Origin: Alphaproteobacteria bacterium
GTDB lineage: Bacteria; Pseudomonadota; Alphaproteobacteria; UBA828
DNA length: 64,000 nucleotides
NCBI GenBank assembly: GCA_965214705.1
Contig: OZ243972.1
Span: 896,001-960,000 of the forward strand
Direction of reading: 5' to 3'
Shown: positions 31,549 to 42,920 of the stretch, in pieces
How positions within the stretch are numbered: position 1 is the stretch's first letter
Layout of the letters: each line of letters starts with the position of its first letter
The notes under the pieces: generated by a model
Database searches by the model: none
Seen by the model: the letters and a program-made list of their open reading frames with translations, nothing else
Told to the model about the DNA's origin: nothing
Position numbers and translations under genes: made by a program

Positions 31549-33327
31549 GTGGAGCGACCCGACCTGTCCCCTCGACCAGGCTCGACGAGGCACTTGCTGG
31601 TCCGCCTCGTGCGCGATCATGTCCGCCCCCACGTGGGCCGGCTCGCGCTCGCCGTACTCTGCATGGCCTTTGCCGCCGGCTCCACCGCGGCTTTGGCCTA
31701 TCTCATGGAGCCGGTGCTGGACCAGATCTTCCTGGAGAAGGACCGCACGCTGCTCATCGTGGTGCCCATCGCGGTGATCGGGATCACGCTGATCCGGGGC
31801 GCCGCCACCTACGGTCAGGCGGTGCTAATGGCCTTCGTCGGGCAGCGCGTCATCGCCGACCTGCAGAGCCGCATCTTCGCCCACATCCTGCGATTCGACC
31901 TCGCGTTCTTCCAGGACACGGCGTCCGGCCGGCTGGTCTCTCGGCTCACCAACGACGTCAACATGATGCGCAACGCGGTCTCCAACGCGCTCACCGGCGT
32001 GGTCAAGGATACTCTGACCCTGCTGTTCCTGGTCGGCGTGATGTTCGAGAAGGACTGGAAGCTCGCCTTGATTGCCTGCGTCGTCTTTCCCATCGCGATC
32101 TACCCGATCACGAAGATCGGCCGGCGCATGCGCCGGGTCTCGACTTCGGCGCTCACGGAGCTGGGTCTCTTCACCGCGCGGCTCAACGAGACGTTTCAGG
32201 GCGCACGCCACGTCAAGGCGTACAACCGGGAGGGCTTCGAATCGGAGCGCACCGACCGCCTGATCGAGAGCGTCTTCCGCCTGATCTTCAAGCAGCAGCG
32301 CGTCCGTGCCGCCGCGACGCCGATCATGGAAACGCTGGGCGGCCTCTTCATCGCCGTGCTGATCCTCTATGGCGGCTGGCAGGTGATCGAAGGCGCGCTC
32401 ACGCCGGGCGCGTTCTTCGCCTTCGTGACCGCCATGCTGCTCGCCTATCGGCCGCTCAAGGCGCTCGCCAACCTCAACGCCAGCCTGCAGGAGGGCCTCG
32501 CTGCGAGCCAGCGCGTGTTTGACCTGTTGGACACCGAGCCCCGCATCGCCGAGGCCCCGGATGCGCGTCCGCTCAAGGTCAGGGGCGGCGCCGTCGCGCT
32601 CGATCGCGTCAGCTTTACCTATCCGAATGGCGCCCCTGCGCTCCTCGATGTGACCTTGGACATCCCGGCGGGCGAGACGGTCGCCCTGGTCGGGCCCTCC
32701 GGCGCCGGCAAATCCACGGTGCTCAACCTGATCCCCCGGCTTTACGACGTGGACGAGGGAACGGTTAGCATCGACGGGACCGATGTCCGCGAGGCGACAA
32801 TCAAAAGCGTGCGCGACGCTGTGGCGCTGGTGAGCCAGGAAGCGGTGCTGTTCGACGAAAGCGTCCGCGCCAACATCGCCTACGGGCGGATTGGTGCGAG
32901 CGACGATGATATCGAAGCCGCGGCCCGTGCCGCCGGCGCCGAGCGCTTCATCGAGGAACTCCCCAACGGTTACGATACGATCATCGGCGAGCACGGGGTC
33001 AAGCTCTCCGGTGGCCAGCGGCAACGGCTTTCCATCGCCCGCGCCATGCTCAAAGATGCCCCCATTCTGCTGCTCGACGAGGCGACGAGCGCGCTCGACG
33101 CCGAATCCGAGCGGCAGGTGCAGGACGCATTGCGGAGCCTGATGCGGGGCCGCACGACCCTGGTCATTGCCCACCGCCTCTCCACGGTCCGGGAGGCCAA
33201 CCGGATCTATGTGTTGGAAAACGGCGGGCTCGTGGAATCGGGCACACATCGATCGCTGTTGGCGGCGAACGGCGTGTACGCGCGGCTTCACGCCGTGCAG
33301 TTTTCCGCGGGCATGGCCGCCGAATAG
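31549..33327 (+). CDS. msbA: Lipid A export ABC transporter MsbA (permease plus ATPase)
   Basis: Six-TM domain followed by GPSGAGKST, LSGGQRQR, LDEATS and IAHRLST; sits in the lipid A cluster. Confidence 0.9.
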   Translation: MERPDLSPRPGSTRHLLVRLVRDHVRPHVGRLALAVLCMAFAAGSTAALAYLMEPVLDQIFLEKDRTLLIVVPIAVIGITLIRGAATYGQAVLMAFVGQRVIADLQSRIFAHILRFDLAFFQDTASGRLVSRLTNDVNMMRNAVSNALTGVVKDTLTLLFLVGVMFEKDWKLALIACVVFPIAIYPITKIGRRMRRVSTSALTELGLFTARLNETFQGARHVKAYNREGFESERTDRLIESVFRLIFKQQRVRAAATPIMETLGGLFIAVLILYGGWQVIEGALTPGAFFAFVTAMLLAYRPLKALANLNASLQEGLAASQRVFDLLDTEPRIAEAPDARPLKVRGGAVALDRVSFTYPNGAPALLDVTLDIPAGETVALVGPSGAGKSTVLNLIPRLYDVDEGTVSIDGTDVREATIKSVRDAVALVSQEAVLFDESVRANIAYGRIGASDDDIEAAARAAGAERFIEELPNGYDTIIGEHGVKLSGGQRQRLSIARAMLKDAPILLLDEATSALDAESERQVQDALRSLMRGRTTLVIAHRLSTVREANRIYVLENGGLVESGTHRSLLAANGVYARLHAVQFSAGMAAE

Positions 33328-33329
33328 GC

Positions 33330-34082
33330 ATGGCACTCGGCAAGCGCGTCGCGCGGAGCCGGATCGGGCGTGCCGCGCTCATCTGGCTCTACGCCCGCTT
33401 TGCGAGCTTGGTCTTTGCCACGACCCGCTGGCGGATTCACGGCCGCGACGACGCCGAAGCGCTGATACGCGCAGGCCAACCCTTCATCTGTGCCTTCTGG
33501 CACGGCCGGCTGATGCTGGCGCCCCACGGCTGGCCGAGGGGCACGCCGATTCACGTCATGATTTCCCGCCACCGAGACGGCGAGAACATCGCGCGTGCAA
33601 CACAGCGCCTGGGCGTGGTGCCGATCCGCGGTTCGGGCACGCGGGGCGGCGCGGCGGCGGGCCGCGCCTCGCTCCGCGTGCTGAAAGAGGGCGGCTATGT
33701 CGCCATCAGCCCGGACGGGCCGCGCGGCCCCCGGATGCGCGTTCAGCCCGGAATTATTGCGTTGGCGCGCCTCTCCGGTGCGCCGATCGTGCCGATCACG
33801 TTTGGGGTTTCTCGCCGCGCAGTCGCGAACAGCTGGGATCGCTTCGTGATCGCGCTGCCCTTCGGCCGCGGAGCCTATCTGTGGGGACCGCCGCTCCATG
33901 TCGCCGCAGATGCCGACGAGGCGGCGAGGGAGCGCGCGCGCATAATCTTGGAGGAGCGGCTCAACGCGCTGACCGCCGAAGCCGACCGCATGGTGGGCGC
34001 GGAGCCAATCGAACCGGCGGGTGACACTGCCCGAACGCGCGAACACCGCGCCGGTGCGGCACCGGCCGCGGCACGCCAATGA
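33330..34082 (+). CDS. DUF374 / LpxJ-like lysophospholipid acyltransferase family protein
   Basis: FWHGRL, ISRHRDGE, IRGS, SPDGPRGP and SWDRF..LPF; lies between msbA and waaA. Confidence 0.85.
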   Translation: MALGKRVARSRIGRAALIWLYARFASLVFATTRWRIHGRDDAEALIRAGQPFICAFWHGRLMLAPHGWPRGTPIHVMISRHRDGENIARATQRLGVVPIRGSGTRGGAAAGRASLRVLKEGGYVAISPDGPRGPRMRVQPGIIALARLSGAPIVPITFGVSRRAVANSWDRFVIALPFGRGAYLWGPPLHVAADADEAARERARIILEERLNALTAEADRMVGAEPIEPAGDTARTREHRAGAAPAAARQ

Positions 34083-35392
34083 TCGAGGCCCTGATCACGC
34101 CGCGCAGTTATCGTTGCGCCAGCGTGCTTGCCACGCCGGTCGTCCACGCCTGGCTTGCCCATCGTCGGCGCCGAGGTAAGGAGGACCGCGACCGTTTTGG
34201 CGAGCGTCTCGGGAAGCCTGGCTTGCCCCGGCCCGATGGTCGGCTGGTCTGGATGCACGCAGTAAGCGTCGGCGAGAGCCTGTCCCTGCTGCCGCTGGTC
34301 GAGCGCCTTCGCGAAGCGCTTCCTGACGTTCACGTCCTGATCACGTCCGGCACCGTCACCTCCGCACGGCTGCTGCGCGAGCGACTTACGGCCGGCGTGT
34401 GTCACCAATTCGCGCCGGTCGACCGGCCCGGTGCCGTGCGGCGGTTTGCCGGGCACTGGCGGCCGGACCTCGCGGTCTGGGTGGAATCGGAGCTCTGGCC
34501 CAACCTCATCCTGGAGACCGCCGGGCGCGACATCCCCATGCTGCTGGTCAATGCGCGCATGTCTGCTCGTTCTGCCGAACGTTGGCGGCGGGCGCCGCAC
34601 TTATGCCAACCTCTACTCGAGGCCTTCGCCGGCGTCCTGGCGCAGACGGAGACGGATGCGGTGCGCTTTCGCGCGCTCGGTGCGCGAAACGTCGCGGCTC
34701 GCGGAAACCTCAAGAATGACGCCCCGCCACTACCGGCGAATGCGCAGGACGTGGCGGCCCTCAAACGAGCCATCGGCAGCCGGCCCTGCTGGGTGGCGAC
34801 GAGCACCCACGAGGGCGAAGAGGAAGCAGTCGGCGAGGCAGTCTGCGCCTTGCGCCGAACCTTCCCCGATCTGCTCACGATCCTTGCGCCGCGTCACCCG
34901 GAGCGGGGCGCGGCCGTTACCGAGATGCTGGAGCGCCGCAGTCTTGTCACCGCCCGGCGCTCGGCGAACGATACGATCACGTCGGCGACCGCTGTCTTTC
35001 TCATCGATACGCTGGGCGAACTCGGCTTGGTCTACCGTCTCGCCGGCACAGCCTTCGTGGGCGGCTCGCTTGCGCCCCATGGCGGGCACAACCCTCTAGA
35101 GCCGGCACGGCTCGATTGCGCACTCATTGCGGGCCCGTACACGGAAAATTTTGCGGAGGCATATGCCGCTCTGGAGGACGCCGGCGCACTCGACCGGGTG
35201 GGCGACGCGGATGCGCTCGCGGGCGCAGTGTGCGCCCTGCTCGAAGACGAGAGCGCGCAGTCTACGCGCGCGACCGCCGCGCGCGAGGCCGCGGCGGCGC
35301 TTGGCGGTGCGGCCGAGGCGGCTCTCGGCCTGATCCGAGATCACCTCGAACCCAGCGGCGACGATGCGCGCGCCGGCGTTCTGGACGGCTGA
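34079..35392 (+). CDS. waaA: Kdo transferase
   Basis: WMHAVSVGE, ESELWPN, NARMS, GNLK, STHEGEE, PRHPER and GGHNPLEPA. Confidence 0.95.
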   Translation: MIEALITPRSYRCASVLATPVVHAWLAHRRRRGKEDRDRFGERLGKPGLPRPDGRLVWMHAVSVGESLSLLPLVERLREALPDVHVLITSGTVTSARLLRERLTAGVCHQFAPVDRPGAVRRFAGHWRPDLAVWVESELWPNLILETAGRDIPMLLVNARMSARSAERWRRAPHLCQPLLEAFAGVLAQTETDAVRFRALGARNVAARGNLKNDAPPLPANAQDVAALKRAIGSRPCWVATSTHEGEEEAVGEAVCALRRTFPDLLTILAPRHPERGAAVTEMLERRSLVTARRSANDTITSATAVFLIDTLGELGLVYRLAGTAFVGGSLAPHGGHNPLEPARLDCALIAGPYTENFAEAYAALEDAGALDRVGDADALAGAVCALLEDESAQSTRATAAREAAAALGGAAEAALGLIRDHLEPSGDDARAGVLDG

Positions 35393-36356
35393 GCGCGGCG
35401 GTGTTGCCGCCGCCGCGCTGACGCCACTCTCCTGGCTTTATCGCCTCGGCGCGCGGAGCCACGCCGCTCTGGCTCGGCCGTCGAGGGCGGAGCGTCCGGT
35501 AATTTGTGTCGGCAACTTCACAGTGGGCGGTGCGGGCAAGACCCCCACCGTCCTCGCTCTCGCCGCGCTGCTGGCGGAGGAAGACGTCCGCCCGCACATC
35601 CTCACGCGCGGCTATGGCGGCAGTGAGCGAGGTCCGCTCAGGGTCGATCCCGCCCGCCACGGCACAGACGCGGTCGGCGATGAGGCGTTGTTGCTGGCGC
35701 GGGCGGCGCCGACCTGGCTTTGCCGCGACCGGCCGGCGGGAGCCGCCGCTGCGGCGTCCGCAGGCGCGGATTTGTTGCTCATGGACGACGGCATGCAGAC
35801 GCCGGGCTTGACGAAGGACTTTTGCATCGCGGTCGTGGATGGCGGCGCCGGCTTCGGTAATGGCCGCCTGTTGCCTGCCGGGCCGCTGCGCGAGCCGCTC
35901 GCCTGCGGGATCAACCGGGCGCATGCGTTGGTTCTGGTCGGTGTCGACCGAGAAGGCGCACTCGCGGCGCTCGGTTCGCACGACCTGCCCGTGATTGAGG
36001 CTTCGCTGGTGCCTGGCGACGAGGTTCGGGCGCTCCGCGAGCGGCCGGTCGTCGCCTTCGCCGGGATCGGGCGGCCGGAGAAGTTCTTCGAGACGTTGGT
36101 CGAGAACGACTGCAACGTGATCGCGCGCCATGCCTTCGCGGACCACCACCGCTATAAGCCGAAAGAGATCGCGGCCATAGTCGACTATGCGAAAGAGCGG
36201 GACGCCGTGCCGGTCACGACCGAAAAGGACCATGTGCGGCTGCCGCCGGACGCGAGAGCGACAGTTCGCACGCTTTCCGTCACTCTCGCCTGGCGCGATC
36301 CGGCCGAACCGCGCTCCTTGCTGGCGCCGCTGGTGACGCGCTGCCGCCGTGGCTAA
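35364..36356 (+). CDS. lpxK: Tetraacyldisaccharide 4'-kinase
   Basis: VGNFTVGGAGKTP, RGYGG, GDEA, MDDGMQ, LPAGPLRE and TTEKD. Confidence 0.95.
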   Translation: MRAPAFWTAERGGVAAAALTPLSWLYRLGARSHAALARPSRAERPVICVGNFTVGGAGKTPTVLALAALLAEEDVRPHILTRGYGGSERGPLRVDPARHGTDAVGDEALLLARAAPTWLCRDRPAGAAAAASAGADLLLMDDGMQTPGLTKDFCIAVVDGGAGFGNGRLLPAGPLREPLACGINRAHALVLVGVDREGALAALGSHDLPVIEASLVPGDEVRALRERPVVAFAGIGRPEKFFETLVENDCNVIARHAFADHHRYKPKEIAAIVDYAKERDAVPVTTEKDHVRLPPDARATVRTLSVTLAWRDPAEPRSLLAPLVTRCRRG

Positions 36357-37239
36357 GCGGGGGCCGGCACGCGCAGCGCGGCACGTCTGCGAGGCCGCTA
36401 CCGCCCATGTCCTTTTCGGGCTGCTGGGCGTGCTGCCCGTGGGATGGGCGTCGGCTCTCGGTGCCGTTCTGGGCGGCTCCATCGGACCCATGCTCCCGGT
36501 GCACCAGCAGGGCCTCGACAATCTCGCCCGCGCGTTGCCGGAGCTTTCGCCCGCCGAGCTCCGGCGTTGCGCCCGCCGCATGTGGCGTCATCTCGGCCGC
36601 ATCGCTGCGGAATATCCGCATCTCCACCGCTTCTCCGTCGACGCGCCTGGCGGGCGGGTCGAGCTCGTCGGGCGCGACCACCTGGACGAAGCCAAGCGCT
36701 CCGCCACCGGCGGAATCTTTTTCTCGGGCCACATCGGCAATTGGGAGATCGCCGCGCTCACGCTGGAGCAGGGCGGAATCCCGGCAACCGTCGTCTACAG
36801 GGCGGCGAACAACCCGATCGTCGACCGCATGATCTCGCGGATCAGGGGTGCGGTCATGCAGCACCTCGTGCCCAAGGGCCACGACGCGACGCGGGAGCTG
36901 GTGCGCACGCTCGGCGCCGGCGGGCATGTCGCTCTCCTCGTGGATCAGAAGCTCAAGACCGGTATCCCGGTCCCCTTCTTCGGCCGCGATGCCATGACCG
37001 CGCCCGCCGTGGCGACACTCGCGCTGCGCTACGACTGCCCGGTGTGGCCGGTCAGAGTGGAACGGCTGGCCGGCGCGTCCTTCCGGGTCACCGTGTATCC
37101 CAAGCTCGCCATGCCCGAGGAGGGTATGCGGGAGGAACGCATCCGTGCGACCATGATCGCCATCAATCGCACTCTCGAAGACTGGATCCGCGAACGGCCC
37201 GCACAATGGCTGTGGCTGCACCGGCGCTGGCCCGAGTGA
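36349..37239 (+). CDS. Lipid A secondary acyltransferase (HtrB/LpxL family)
   Basis: HIGNWE (HxxxxE), LVDQK, PFFG and QWLWLHRRW. Confidence 0.92.
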   Translation: MAKRGPARAARHVCEAATAHVLFGLLGVLPVGWASALGAVLGGSIGPMLPVHQQGLDNLARALPELSPAELRRCARRMWRHLGRIAAEYPHLHRFSVDAPGGRVELVGRDHLDEAKRSATGGIFFSGHIGNWEIAALTLEQGGIPATVVYRAANNPIVDRMISRIRGAVMQHLVPKGHDATRELVRTLGAGGHVALLVDQKLKTGIPVPFFGRDAMTAPAVATLALRYDCPVWPVRVERLAGASFRVTVYPKLAMPEEGMREERIRATMIAINRTLEDWIRERPAQWLWLHRRWPE

Positions 37240-37258
37240 GAGACACCCCCACCCCCGA

Positions 37259-37286
37259 TTGACACGGGGGACGCCCGGCCTATAGT
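37259..37286 (+). promoter_or_regulatory. Sigma70 promoter of the rplU-rpmA-obgE operon
   Basis: TTGACA-16 nt-TATAGT followed by a GC-rich discriminator (GCGCCC). Confidence 0.8.
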
Positions 37287-37333
37287 GCGCCCGCTGCGGG
37301 GAGCGCCCCGCTCTCCCAACACGGATGGTTGCC

Positions 37334-38041
37334 ATGTTCGCTGTGGTTCGCTCTGGCGGGAAGCAGTACCGCGTCGCGCCGGAGGACGTGATCCGGGTGG
37401 AACGGCTGAAGGCCGAGGCCGGTGAGGCGATCGAGCTCGGCGAGGTGCTGGCCATGAGCGACGGCGAGACCGTCTCGCTCGGACAGCCGCTGGTCGAGGG
37501 CGCGCGCGTGGCGGCCACGGTGGTCGAGCACACGCGCGGAGACAAGATCATCGTCTTCCGCAAGAAGCGGCGGAAGAACCATCGGCGCAAGCGCGGGCAC
37601 CGGCAGGAGCTCACGGTGCTCCGCATCGACGAGATTCTGGCGGCTGGCCAGAAGCGGAAGGTGCGCCGGAAGAAGAAGGCCATTCCGGCGGAAGGCGAAG
37701 AGGCAACCGGCGCCAAGACCAAGAGGTCGACGCGAGCGAAGGCTGCTGCCAAGCCGAGGACGCGGAAGAAGCCGGACGCCAAGGCCGAGCCGGCCGAGGA
37801 GGCCGCACCCGCACCCGCCGAAGCGGCGACCCCGGAGCCGGCCGAGCCGCCGGTCGAGGAAGCCGCTGCGCCGCCAGCAGACGATGCAGCCGAGGCGCCG
37901 GCAGCCGAGGCGGCTGAGCCCCAGGCAGAAGAAATGACCGATACGCCGGCCGATGAGTCCCAGGCAAACGAGACGACCGACACGACGGCCGCAGAGACCG
38001 CGGACGCTGCTGCGGACGAGCCGGCGGAGGAGAAAAGCTGA
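37334..38041 (+). CDS. rplU: 50S ribosomal protein L21 with long C-terminal low-complexity extension
   Basis: [14 protein letters not shown]...[24 protein letters not shown], then about 130 aa of basic then acidic Ala/Glu/Pro tail. Confidence 0.95.
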   Translation: MFAVVRSGGKQYRVAPEDVIRVERLKAEAGEAIELGEVLAMSDGETVSLGQPLVEGARVAATVVEHTRGDKIIVFRKKRRKNHRRKRGHRQELTVLRIDEILAAGQKRKVRRKKKAIPAEGEEATGAKTKRSTRAKAAAKPRTRKKPDAKAEPAEEAAPAPAEAATPEPAEPPVEEAAAPPADDAAEAPAAEAAEPQAEEMTDTPADESQANETTDTTAAETADAAADEPAEEKS

Positions 38042-38298
38042 TGGCGCACAAGAAGGCAGGCGGTAGTTCGCGCAACGGCCGGGACACGGCGGGCCGACGC
38101 CTCGGCATCAAGAAGTTCGGCGGCGAGGCTGTGATCCCTGGCAACATCATCGCGCGCCAGCGAGGCACCAAGTGGCACCCCGGCGAGAACGTCGGGATCG
38201 GGCGCGATCACACGCTCTTCGCGCTGACCGGCGGCCATGTGCGGTTCGCGCGGCACAGCGGCGGGAAGACGGTCGTCTCGGTCGAGCCGAGCGCGTAA
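38041..38298 (+). CDS. rpmA: 50S ribosomal protein L27
   Basis: [25 protein letters not shown] and DHTLFAL. Confidence 0.98.
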   Translation: MAHKKAGGSSRNGRDTAGRRLGIKKFGGEAVIPGNIIARQRGTKWHPGENVGIGRDHTLFALTGGHVRFARHSGGKTVVSVEPSA

Positions 38299-39362
<1,064 letters not shown>

Positions 39363-39363
<1 letters not shown>

Positions 39364-40493
39364 TGCAGCCCTCGCTCGCCAACGCGTCCCGCACTGTGGT
39401 CAAGATCGGCTCGGCGTTGCTCGCCGACCCGGAGACCGGCGCCCTCAACGAGGCCTGGCTCGACGGCCTCGCGCGGGACGTGGCCCAGCTTCGCGGGCGC
39501 GGCAGGGACGTGCTGATCGTCTCGTCGGGCGCAATCGCCATCGGGCGCCGCCACCTCGGACTCGCGCAAGGCGCGCTCAAGCTGGAGGAGATGCAGGCGG
39601 CGGCGGCCTGCGGCCAGATCCGGCTGGCTCACGCGTACCAGTCGGCGCTCGCCCGCCACGGCATCGGCGTCGCGCAAATCCTCCTGACCCACGAGGACAC
39701 CGAGGCGCGCCGGCGCTACCTGAACGCGCGCAGCACCATCAACACGCTGCTCTCGCTCGGCACCGTGCCCGTGATCAACGAGAACGACACCGTCGCTACC
39801 AACGAGATCCGCTTCGGCGACAACGACCGGCTCGCGGCGCGGGTCGCGGTGATGATGAGCGCGGACCTGCTGGTCCTGCTCTCGGATGTCGATGGCCTCT
39901 ACGAGAGCGACCCGCGGCACGATGCGGACGCACGCTGGATTCCCACGGTCGAGCGCATCACGCCCCAGATCGAGGCGATGGCGGGCGACATAGGCACGCC
40001 GAGTGCCGCTGGCGGCATGGTGACCAAGATCGCTGCGGCCAAGCACGCGATGGCGGCGGGCTGCCATATGGTGATCGCGGAGGGCGCGGTCGAACGACCT
40101 CTCACCGCGCTGGAAGGTGGCGCCCGTTCGACCTGGTTCGTGTCCACCGCGACGCCGCGCGCGGCCCGCAAGAGCTGGATCGCGAGCGCGCTGGAGCCGC
40201 GCGGCAGCCTCGTGATCGACGACGGCGCCTGGCGCGCGCTGCTCCAGGGCCGGAGCCTGCTGCCCGCCGGCGTGAAGGCGGTGGAAGGCACCTTCGAGCG
40301 CGGCGACGCGGTGGCGATTAGGGTCGGGCAGGGGCGCGAGGCCGGCCGCGGCCTGGTGGCCTATTCCGCCGCCGATGCAAGCCGGATCGTCGGCCACAAA
40401 TCCCGTGAAATAGAACGGATCCTCGGCTACCGTGGCCGCGCCGAGATGATCCACCGCGACGATCTCGTGCTCGACGAGGAGCAAGGACCGTGA
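39363..40493 (+). CDS. proB: Glutamate 5-kinase with PUA domain
   Basis: ATG at 39363; VVKIGS, VSSGA, INENDTV, FGDND, GGMVTK and SLLPAG. Confidence 0.96.
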
Positions 40494-41782
40494 GCATGGC
40501 AGAGGCGGTACGGAGCCGCGAAACCGAACAGGACATCGCTGCCGAGATGGCTGCGCTCGGTGCCGAGGCGCGCGTGGCGGCGCGGGCGCTCGCGGCAAGC
40601 TCGGCCGGGGACAGGCGGCGTGCGCTCATGGCGGCAGCGGCGGCGATCCGCGGCGACGAAGCCGCCATCCTGGAGGCGAACGCCAAGGACATGGCAGCCG
40701 CCAAGGCGTCCGGGCTGAGCAGCGCTCTGCTCGACCGCCTCGCCCTCGATCCAGGCCGGGTCGAGGCGATGGCGGCAGGTGTCGAGCAGGTGGCCGCCCT
40801 CGACGACCCGCTCGGCCGCCTGCTGGGCGAGTGGCAGCGGCCCAACGGGCTTCGCATCCGCCGGGTCTCGGTGCCGATCGGCGTCATCGGGATCATCTAC
40901 GAATCGCGGCCCAACGTGACCGCCGACGCCGGCGCGCTCTGCCTCATGGCGGGGAATGCGGCGATCCTGCGCGGCGGCTCCGAGAGCTACCATTCATCGC
41001 GCGCCATCGCGGCGTCGCTGCGCGCGGCCCTTGCCGAGACCGGGCTGCCGGCAGGCTGCATCCAGCTCGTGCCGACGACCGACAGGGCGGCCGTCGGCAT
41101 TCTGCTCCGCATGGACGAAGCGCTCGACCTGATCGTGCCGCGCGGCGGCCGCTCGCTGATCGAGCGGGTGCTGGCGGAGAGCCGGGTGCCGGTGATGGCG
41201 CACCTGGACGGCAACTGCCACGTCTACGTGCATGCCGCCGCCGATCCCGAGAAGGCGCGCGACGTCACCTTCAACGCCAAAATGCGGCGGACCGGAATCT
41301 GCGGTGCGGCGGAGACGTTGCTGGTCGACGCCGCCGTGGCGGACAGGCTGCCCGCGATCCTCGAGCCGCTGTTCGACGCCGGTTGCGAGGTGCGGGGCGA
41401 TGCGCGCGTGCAGGCGCTGGACACGCGGGTGGTGCCGGTCGACGACGCCGACTGGGGAACCGAGTACCTCGACGCGATCATCTCGGTCGGGGTGGTGGAC
41501 GGGCTCGACGCGGCGATCGCCCACGTCAACGAGCACGGCTCGCACCACACCGACAGCATCATCACCGAGGACGCAGGCGCCGCCGAGCGCTTCATGGAGG
41601 CAGTCGATAGCGGGATCGTGCTGCACAACGCCTCGACCCAATTCGCCGACGGCGGCGAGTTCGGCATGGGGGCCGAGATCGGCATCTCCACCGGCAAGCT
41701 GCACGCGCGCGGGCCGGTGGGCGTCGAGCAGCTCACCACCTACAAGTACAAGGTCTACGGCGACGGGCAGGTTCGCCCCTGA
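40490..41782 (+). CDS. proA: Gamma-glutamyl phosphate reductase
   Basis: [38 protein letters not shown] and HARGPVG. Confidence 0.97.
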   Translation: MSMAEAVRSRETEQDIAAEMAALGAEARVAARALAASSAGDRRRALMAAAAAIRGDEAAILEANAKDMAAAKASGLSSALLDRLALDPGRVEAMAAGVEQVAALDDPLGRLLGEWQRPNGLRIRRVSVPIGVIGIIYESRPNVTADAGALCLMAGNAAILRGGSESYHSSRAIAASLRAALAETGLPAGCIQLVPTTDRAAVGILLRMDEALDLIVPRGGRSLIERVLAESRVPVMAHLDGNCHVYVHAAADPEKARDVTFNAKMRRTGICGAAETLLVDAAVADRLPAILEPLFDAGCEVRGDARVQALDTRVVPVDDADWGTEYLDAIISVGVVDGLDAAIAHVNEHGSHHTDSIITEDAGAAERFMEAVDSGIVLHNASTQFADGGEFGMGAEIGISTGKLHARGPVGVEQLTTYKYKVYGDGQVRP

Positions 41783-41790
41783 CCGCGCTC

Positions 41791-42432
41791 GTGCCCATGC
41801 GCCGCCGGCGGTCGCGGCCCGTGCCGGGCGGCACCCGGCCCGCGAGGCCTCCGGGCCGCAAGATCGGACTGCTGGGGGGCTCCTTCAATCCGGCCCACGA
41901 GGGGCATCGCCATATTAGCCTGCTGGCGCTCAAGCGGCTCGGCTTGCACGAGGTCTGGTGGCTGGTCTCGCCGCAGAACCCGCTCAAGCCCCGCGCCGGG
42001 ATGGCGGCGTTCGACGAACGCCTCGCCAGCGCGCGGGCCGCGGTGGGCGACCGGCGGCTCCGCGTGAGCGATATCGAGCGCCGCCTCGGCAGTTGCTATT
42101 CAGTCGATACCGTCGCCCGCCTCAAGCGGCGCTTCCCGCAGCACCGGCTGGTCTGGATCGTCGGCGCCGACAACCTGCCGACGCTCGCAGAGTGGCGGCG
42201 CTGGCCCGCGCTCTTCCGGGCGCTACCCGTTGCGGTCATCGACCGCTGGCCTTACTCTCGCTATGCCAGTGTGGTTAAGCCTGCGAAACGATTCGCACGC
42301 CAAAGAATGGCGGAACGCCGAGCGACAGGGCTCGTGCGGAGCAAGCCGCCCGCCTGGATGGTCATCCATGGACCGTTGCATCCCGCCTCGGCGACAGCGT
42401 TGCGCGCCATGAGCGGTGCTGCGGGCCCATAA
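41791..42432 (+). CDS. nadD: Nicotinate-nucleotide adenylyltransferase
   Basis: GGSFNPAHEGH, WWLVSPQNPLK, WIVGADN and ASATALR. Confidence 0.94.
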   Translation: MPMRRRRSRPVPGGTRPARPPGRKIGLLGGSFNPAHEGHRHISLLALKRLGLHEVWWLVSPQNPLKPRAGMAAFDERLASARAAVGDRRLRVSDIERRLGSCYSVDTVARLKRRFPQHRLVWIVGADNLPTLAEWRRWPALFRALPVAVIDRWPYSRYASVVKPAKRFARQRMAERRATGLVRSKPPAWMVIHGPLHPASATALRAMSGAAGP

Positions 42433-42452
42433 GGGGAGGCTGGAGGAACACC

Positions 42453-42869
42453 ATAACGGTACCTGAACGACCTGTTAGGTCCACACGCCGGGAGTCGGGC
42501 AAGGCCGACTCCGCAGTGCTTCACCGGGCCGTCGCCGGCGCTCTTGCAGACGCCAAGGCGGAGGACATCGTCACCATCGACCTCGACGGCAAGACCACCA
42601 TCGCCGATTTCATGGTCATCGCCAGCGGACGGTCGAAACGCCATGTCAACGCGGTGGCGGAGCGACTCCTGAAGCAGCTCAAGGACGACGGCACGCCGGC
42701 GCTCGCTGCGGAGGGCCGCGAGAACTCGGACTGGGTGCTGATCGATGCCGGCGACATCATCGTGCATGTCTTCCGGCCCGAAGTCCGCGCCCTCTACAAC
42801 CTCGAGAAGATGTGGTCCGTCGAGGCCATCGGCGCGGCAGAAGAGCAGGCGCTTGCCGGTGAGGATTAG
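42453..42869 (+). CDS. rsfS: Ribosome silencing factor RsfS (start ATA at 42453 or GTG at 42516)
   Basis: KAEDIVTIDL, ADFMVIASGRS, WVLIDAGDIIVHVF and YNLEKMW; located between nadD and rlmH. Confidence 0.93.
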   Translation: MTVPERPVRSTRRESGKADSAVLHRAVAGALADAKAEDIVTIDLDGKTTIADFMVIASGRSKRHVNAVAERLLKQLKDDGTPALAAEGRENSDWVLIDAGDIIVHVFRPEVRALYNLEKMWSVEAIGAAEEQALAGED

Positions 42870-42920
42870 CGGCGCGGCCCGGCCCGCCGCCTAGCAGGAA
42901 GAGAGGACGTCCCGCAGCCG

